DNA of 33,187 nucleotides from a virus (Duplodnaviria; Heunggongvirae; Uroviricota; Caudoviricetes): IMG/VR virus record IMGVR_UViG_2529293223_000010; one strand, 5' to 3'. Shown piece by piece: positions 28,629 to 33,187 of this stretch (position 1 is its first letter; each line of letters starts with the position of its first letter). The notes under the pieces were generated by a model. It saw only the letters and a program-made list of their open reading frames with translations, ran no database searches and was not told where the DNA came from. The position numbers and the translations under genes were made by a program.

Positions 28629-28789
28629 AACGATAACTCCGTACATTTGGAAATTATCGCCACCGACGACGCCAATCGAACTGGTGGCGAACTGTGCAGG
28701 GTTGGCGTAACCGGGTACGGAAACCGGCGAGCCTTTCGGCTCCCCCACACAGCCCGCCATAAATCGCGAATGTGACTGTGCAAACGATA

Positions 28790-28811
28790 TGAAAAAAGAC
28801 GCGGACGCGTC
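28790..28811 (-). terminator. rho-independent terminator ending the short leader transcript, copy 2
   Basis: Minus strand GACGCG-TC-CGCGTC followed by T6; different sequence but same position and structure as copy 1. Confidence 0.5.
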
Positions 28812-28874
28812 TCATATCGCTCCGTAAACATCCGGGACGCCAATCCCGACGCCAGATTTTGCTGGCGCGTGAGG

Positions 28875-28904
28875 AATATAGCCCCGGATTAACGTTGTCG
28901 TCAA
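28875..28904 (-). promoter_or_regulatory. sigma70-like promoter TTGACG-N18-TATATT, copy 2
   Basis: -35 at 28899..28904, -10 at 28875..28880; embedded in a 60-bp block identical to copy 1. Confidence 0.5.
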
Positions 28905-28955
28905 CAGCCACTACAGGCTAAACTAACAATATTCCCCAACAACGAAGGATTTAAC

Positions 28956-29243
28956 ATGGCTCAGGTCTATTTTGATACACTGAAGTTCGTCGAAACCTTG
29001 GAAGCCGCAGGAATGCCGGCAGCTCAGGCGCGCGCTATATCTGCCGCAGTGAAAGATTCTCACGAAGCCGCAGAAGTCGCCACAAAGCGCGACCTAAATG
29101 ATGTCAGAACTGAACTAAAAAACGACATTGCAGCCCTTGATGCAAAAATAGACAAACTCAGCCTGCAACTGACCGTCAGATTTGGTGGCATGCTCGTCGT
29201 TGCTGTTGGCGCACTGACAGCCATCATCAAATTACCTCTTTAA
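28956..29243 (+). CDS. small coiled-coil protein with C-terminal hydrophobic segment (DUF1640-like by recollection)
   Basis: 95-aa ORF with AAGGAT Shine-Dalgarno about 8 nt upstream; followed by a hairpin. Confidence 0.5.
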   Translation: MAQVYFDTLKFVETLEAAGMPAAQARAISAAVKDSHEAAEVATKRDLNDVRTELKNDIAALDAKIDKLSLQLTVRFGGMLVVAVGALTAIIKLPL

Positions 29244-29247
29244 ATTA

Positions 29248-29266
29248 CCAGCCCGTTCGGGGCTGG
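29248..29266. terminator. hairpin CCAGCCC-GTTC-GGGGCTGG between convergent genes; weak T tail
   Basis: Perfect 7-bp GC-rich stem; only a short T-run follows on the plus strand. Confidence 0.3.
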
Positions 29267-29352
29267 TTTACCTTACCCCCAGCGGCAAATCGAATACACA
29301 ACCAGCGCCACCGCCATTGCAATTCCTACCGTGGTGAATGCTTCAGGCCAGG

Positions 29353-29811
29353 TCATCGTAAAACATCCTCCACGCTTATCAGTCCATTTCGCTTCAGGTA
29401 ATCCATCGCCTTCTCCGGTAATTTGCAGTCAGGCTTAGCTTTTTTCAGTTGACTGACCAGTCGTTTAACCCACATTGTTAATTCGCTAACCTGATTACTG
29501 GATGCTAGTAGGTTGTCGGCTTTACCCAGAATGACAGCACAGCAAGCCTCTTTGAGTACCCAGTCAACAGCGTCTTTCCATGCTCCTGTTTCGACTGGTG
29601 GATTCTCACGTTTTACCTGTTCATAAAAGCGCACGGCTTTAACCAGTCCTTCTGATGTCACCTGGACTGGCGGGGCAGTGAATAAGGCCTGAATTTCATA
29701 GTTCGGCCTGTCGTTACAATCCTCTTTTTTCGGTACATATTTCCAGTCACCAGACCACCACTTCCCCTGAAAGTCCGTAACGCCTTTTTTTTCACGTAGC
29801 GATATCGCCAT
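29353..29811 (-). CDS. hypothetical protein of unknown function; upstream ORF (29658..29870) joins it in the -1 frame at an A8 run
   Basis: 152-aa ORF starting ATG GCG ATA TCG CTA CGT GAA AAA AAA GGC; no recognised domain. Confidence 0.4.
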   Translation of the reverse strand: MAISLREKKGVTDFQGKWWSGDWKYVPKKEDCNDRPNYEIQALFTAPPVQVTSEGLVKAVRFYEQVKRENPPVETGAWKDAVDWVLKEACCAVILGKADNLLASSNQVSELTMWVKRLVSQLKKAKPDCKLPEKAMDYLKRNGLISVEDVLR

Positions 29812-29866
29812 GCCACTGTTTTTGCTTGCCCCGCCGTTTCATGCCCTTCCTGATAATTAATCTCGC

Positions 29867-30043
29867 TCATTCATCGCCCCACTCATCACAATATGCTTCG
29901 ACCGGAGTTTTTCCTGCTTCATAATCATCACGCCATGCTTCAGCATCAGCAGCACTGCCACCACGTAACTCTGCATAGTCCATTAACAGTTCATGCCATT
30001 CTTCAAAACTGACGTTGTATTTAGTTGAACCAAAATCAGCCAT
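29867..30043 (-). CDS. small acidic hypothetical protein (58 aa), below the ORF-track cutoff
   Basis: Translated by hand: MADFGSTKYNVSFEEWHELLMDYAELRGGSAADAEAWRDDYEAGKTPVEAYCDEWGDE; start overlaps the stop of the upstream small ORF and its own stop overlaps the next ATG (ATGA). Confidence 0.35.
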   Translation of the reverse strand: MADFGSTKYNVSFEEWHELLMDYAELRGGSAADAEAWRDDYEAGKTPVEAYCDEWGDE

Positions 30044-30218
30044 TTTGTTCTTCCTCTTCGTCTTTTATTTCGTGATATGAGTAATTGCAGTAGTTAAAGA
30101 AAATATCTTTTGCTTCGTCATGTATTTCATCAGGCGTCGCATCATCATCCACCTCGAATTCATCCTCGAAATCTCCACCGGCTATTCCCGTTTCAATAAT
30201 AATTTTGAACTTTCGCAT
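30036..30218 (-). CDS. small highly acidic hypothetical protein (60 aa from MRKFKIIIETG)
   Basis: ORF 30036..30254; sequence ends DEIHDEAKDIFFNYCNYSYHEIKDEEEEQNG. Confidence 0.35.
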   Translation of the reverse strand: MRKFKIIIETGIAGGDFEDEFEVDDDATPDEIHDEAKDIFFNYCNYSYHEIKDEEEEQNG

Positions 30219-30239
30219 TTCACTACCGCCCTTTCGGGC

Positions 30240-30767
30240 CTGAGGGATCCCCACAAAATTACTGCTAATAAACCAGCACCATATTTCGGTAGGTTCTGGA
30301 CAGATGGTTTAGAACTGTGCTCAGTACTGTTCGTCTTAAAATAAGTGGCGAGTGTCGAAGAACATTCTTCGCTAACGTCAGATATGAGATAACCCGCCGG
30401 GATTTAATGCTGTTAGCCTGATATTTCAGGTGTAACCCTTTATTTTCAGCGTGATAACCGAGTAACCACATTACGATAGTGCTCAACGTTGCCAGCAGAC
30501 TCAGAACCAGAATTCTTCCTGTTGAACGACTTTTGCTGGCCCGAAGACCAAATCCGAAGCGCCCGTTCTTTTCATCACGAAAGTTTTGCTCTATCTGCAT
30601 TCACCGACTGTATAACTTGATGATTTCTCGCGCTCTGAAGTCATTTGTACTGCTGAAGATCAACCAGGCTTCTTTTGCTGATTTGCTCTGTTCTTTGTCT
30701 GTTTTGTTTAAACCACTCTGACCTTTCGAACGTTTCTTTTTTCGCCCTTTTGCCGATTTCTTATAGG
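30240..30767 (-). mobile_element. IS10-like (IS4 family) remnant: inside-end-like terminus plus the 3' third of the transposase gene; rest removed at IS600 copy 4
   Basis: Terminus ctgagggatcccc at 30240.. resembles the recalled IS10 inside end; downstream ORFs encode the IS10-type C-terminal region. Confidence 0.55.
30265..30767 (-). pseudogene. IS10-family transposase C-terminal fragment with an in-frame TGA inside the YREK catalytic signature
   Basis: ORFs 30601..30783 and 30265..30600 are in the same frame separated by one TGA: ...REIIKLYSR-stop-MQIEQNFRDEK...; the stop sits where the Y-x2-R-x3-E-x6-K motif needs Arg. Confidence 0.55.
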
Positions 30768-30810
30768 TGAGGTGTACTGGCAATAGCGGACACTACCATT
30801 TGTTCTTTTT

Positions 30811-31629
30811 TTAAGCAGCCATCTGATGATATTTTTCCCTGAAGGCTGCCGGGGAGATATTCCCCAGACGAGAGTGACGACGCTGACGATTGTAGAAAAT
30901 CTCAATGTATTCCCGTATTACTGAGATGGCTTCATCCCGGTTATTAAAACGATAGTGGCTCAGGCTCTCATTTTTCAGCGTTCCCCAGAAGCTTTCCATC
31001 GGAGCGTTGTCGTAACAGTTACCTTTACGCGACATTGATGTTTTCAGACCAAACTGCTCCTGTATGACCCGGTAATCGTATGCGCAGTACTGTGAACCTC
31101 GATCAGAGTGGTGGATTAGCCCGGCAGGTGGGCGCTGGCTCCTGAGCGCCATAAACAGGGCTTTACCTGTCAGCTCTTTTGTCATGCGCTCTCCCATGGC
31201 GTAGCCGACAATTTCGCACGTATAAACATCTTTGATGCCAGCGAGGTACAACCATCCCTCCTGTGTGGCAACATACGTCAGGTCCGCCACCCAGACCTGA
31301 TTTGGTGCTGTAGGAGCGAACGTCTGGTTCAGCAGATTTGGCGCAACTGGCAGATTGTGGTTCGAGTTCGTAGTCGCTCTGAACTTGCGTTTCTGCTTAC
31401 AGCGTAGCCTTAGCTCCTTACGAAGACGTGCCAGTCGGTCACGACCAACGATGATGCCATTCTCTGCCAGCTCCGTCTGGAGCCGCCGGGTTCCATATGT
31501 TTCGCGAGTGCGGATATGTGCCACCTTAATCTCCAGTTTTAGCCGCTCATCACTTTGTTTTCTGTCTGAGGGTTCATGCTGTACCCAGTTGTAATAACCG
31601 CTCCTGGATACACCAAATACCTGACACAT
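30811..31629 (-). CDS. IS600 OrfB (one residue differs from copies 2/3)
   Basis: 272-aa ORF; TTNSNHN where copies 2/3 read TTNPNHN. Confidence 0.9.
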   Translation of the reverse strand: MCQVFGVSRSGYYNWVQHEPSDRKQSDERLKLEIKVAHIRTRETYGTRRLQTELAENGIIVGRDRLARLRKELRLRCKQKRKFRATTNSNHNLPVAPNLLNQTFAPTAPNQVWVADLTYVATQEGWLYLAGIKDVYTCEIVGYAMGERMTKELTGKALFMALRSQRPPAGLIHHSDRGSQYCAYDYRVIQEQFGLKTSMSRKGNCYDNAPMESFWGTLKNESLSHYRFNNRDEAISVIREYIEIFYNRQRRHSRLGNISPAAFREKYHQMAA

Positions 31630-31664
31630 CGCTTCAATGGGAAATTGTTGTCGCCATTGTTCGA

Positions 31665-31967
31665 TTAACGCGTATTTTTCAGCGACTCCTGTGCAAAATA
31701 CGCTGTTGCTTTTTTTAATATATCTCGCTCAAGGCGAGCTTCATTTAACGCCTTACGCAGTTGCAGAATTTCAGATTCCAGTTCAGCCACCGTGCGGGAA
31801 CCAGGAGTACCGAGCCCTTTTCTGGCGGCGGTAACCCATTGTCCTAAAGTGCCTTCAGGAAGGGATAATCGGGAAGCGCCTTCACTGATCGAAAGTTGAT
31901 TTTCAAGAACCGTTCTGACAGCTTCGGCTTTGAACTCTTTAGAGTAACGTTGGGTTTTTCTGCTCAT
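31665..31967 (-). CDS. IS600 OrfA
   Basis: 100-aa ORF identical to other copies. Confidence 0.9.
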   Translation of the reverse strand: MSRKTQRYSKEFKAEAVRTVLENQLSISEGASRLSLPEGTLGQWVTAARKGLGTPGSRTVAELESEILQLRKALNEARLERDILKKATAYFAQESLKNTR

Positions 31968-32031
31968 TATTAGCTCCTTCTGATGCCATTCTATTTCAGG
32001 AAGGAGTGTCCGTTAAACTCAGGCTACCTCA

Positions 32032-32453
32032 TGCGGTTCAGTGATATTTATGATGATCGTCTCCACATCAGGCAAATTAAGACAGGAATGATGATTGCTA
32101 TCCCCCTGTCACTCAGCCTTCCTGTCGCTGGTTTACGACTTGGTGCAGTAGTTAAACAGTGCCGCATGGTAAGTAGGGGGGATTATCTAATCAGTGCCGG
32201 GATTAGAAAAAACAGCCCTGACGGCAGCATTCACCCGGACGGCCTGACAAAGAAATTTGTCGCAGCCAGAAAATTAACAGGTATCCTGTTCAGTGAAAAC
32301 CCACCAACTTTTCACGAAATCAGAAGCCTGGCTGGACGATTGTACAAAGAAATATGTGGAGAAGAATTTGCTCAGCGTCTACTTGGCCACACATCGGAGA
32401 AGACAACAAAAATGTATCTTGATGAGAGAGAAAAAACGTACTTACTGCTCTGA
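32032..32453 (+). pseudogene. lambda-type tyrosine integrase, C-terminal catalytic fragment; N-terminal part removed at IS600 copy 4
   Basis: ORF 31983..32453 begins inside IS600; genuine part contains HEIRSLAGRLY...LLGHTSEKTTKMYLDER resembling the recalled lambda Int C-terminus (catalytic H-x-x-R, LLGH, Tyr). Confidence 0.7.
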
Positions 32454-32530
32454 TTTTAACGTAAATGGATTGTTAAATGTATTTTGGTTGTGATATAACC
32501 AAAAAAGACCGGAATACAGAAATTCGAGTA

Positions 32531-32550
32531 AATTTCGGGGAATTTCGGGG
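32531..32550. repeat. perfect tandem direct repeat aatttcgggg x2 between integrase and junction; candidate Int arm-type binding sites
   Basis: Two identical adjacent 10-mers about 80 bp after the int stop and about 35 bp before the att core. Confidence 0.35.
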
Positions 32551-32584
32551 AAGCATTTGTAACTAATTGATTTCAAATGCAATT

Positions 32585-32618
32585 AAAAAAAGACCGAATA
32601 CGATTCCTGTATTCGGTC
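32585..32618. repeat. candidate right prophage junction (attR core) within an intact hairpin gaccgaatac-gattcct-gtattcggtc; direct repeat of 1069..1094
   Basis: 24/26 identity with the left copy; a second partial copy at 32501..32520 makes the exact crossover ambiguous. Confidence 0.45.
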
Positions 32619-32774
32619 CAGGGAAATGGCTCTTGGGAGAGAGCCGTGCGCTAAAAGTTGGCATTAATGCAGGCTTAGTTGCCTTGCCCTTTAAGAATAG
32701 ATGACGACGCCAGGTTTTCCAGTTTGCGTGCAAAATGGTCAATAAAAAGCGCGGTGGTCATCAGCTTAAATGTT

Positions 32775-32817
32775 AAAAACCGCCCGTTCTGGTGAAAGAA
32801 CTGAGGCGGTTTTTTTA
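32775..32817. terminator. bidirectional rho-independent terminator downstream of yebY
   Basis: CCGCC...GGCGG hairpin flanked by an A-run on one side and T8 on the other. Confidence 0.55.
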
Positions 32818-32845
32818 TTGGAAATCAAAAGGCTATTTTAGGTAA

Positions 32846-33187
32846 TTAACAGAGTTTTTCAGCTCGTTCTATAAACGGTGCCAGACTCATTTTTTCGCCG
32901 GGATTGTTAGGATCATCAATCTGAATCACCGAAATGGGTTGGGTATTGGTCTTCCCACTGGCCACTTCCTTTTGTGCGATATCGTTTAAAGGATACTGCA
33001 CGAGGGTACTCGGATTAATAACATACAAAGCATTACCCGGTCGGCAAGTCAGCATCACCTCTTCGCGGTTAAATGCCCATTTGTCTTTACCCACTTCAAA
33101 ACGACTGACGGTAATCACCTGCGGTGCAGCCAGCGCCGCTGCAGAACTGGTGAGTAACAGAAACGCCAGAATACTTTTTTTCATCAT
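32846..33187 (-). CDS. yebY: periplasmic protein with N-terminal signal peptide (YebY-like backbone gene)
   Basis: 113-aa ORF starting [22 protein letters not shown]; position next to prpA matches recalled K-12 order; identity from memory. Confidence 0.55.
   Translation of the reverse strand: MMKKSILAFLLLTSSAAALAAPQVITVSRFEVGKDKWAFNREEVMLTCRPGNALYVINPSTLVQYPLNDIAQKEVASGKTNTQPISVIQIDDPNNPGEKMSLAPFIERAEKLC

Larger units (their letters stand above)
30768..32031 (-). mobile_element. IS600 copy 4, 1264 bp, no target duplication (flanks agg / tgc); separates the IS10 remnant from the integrase fragment
   Basis: Same inverted repeats and orfA/orfB. Confidence 0.9.

Noticed and set aside
28629-28760. 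Upstream 44-codon extension of the second antirepressor-like ORF (MAGCVGEPKG...)
   Set aside because: It translates the conserved 5' leader shared with paralogue 1, where that frame is closed; the internal Met aligns with the paralogue 1 start.

Overview
This window reads as Shigella/E. coli chromosome (yebW, a frameshifted prpA at the left; yebY at the right) interrupted by a ~31.5 kb degraded, mosaic lambdoid prophage, roughly 1069..32618. Almost everything from the prophage end inward is encoded on the minus strand. In coordinate order it carries: an ipaH-family E3 ubiquitin ligase gene (+ strand) with a perfect MxiE box; tail fibre/chaperone genes; a Mu-like myovirus tail and head module; packaging genes; a trkG pseudogene; a pinholin/SAR-endolysin/Rz/Rz1 lysis cassette; four tightly packed tRNAs (Ile-CAU, Arg-UCU, Thr-UGU, Gly-UCC) with their own promoter; two paralogous antirepressor-like genes, each behind an identical 60-bp promoter block and a terminator; a hok-family toxin; several small unknown genes; and a truncated integrase. 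Four 1264-bp IS600 copies (none with a target-site duplication), an IS4 remnant and an IS10-like remnant truncate the tail fibre, tape measure, portal, integrase and nin-region genes. No repressor, cro, replication or recombination genes were recognised. I found no CRISPR array, no stx genes and no system I can confidently call novel; the best candidates for further work are the duplicated promoter/terminator/antirepressor module and the unknown small acidic gene cluster near the integrase end. All identities are from reading the sequence and recalled family knowledge; nothing was searched.
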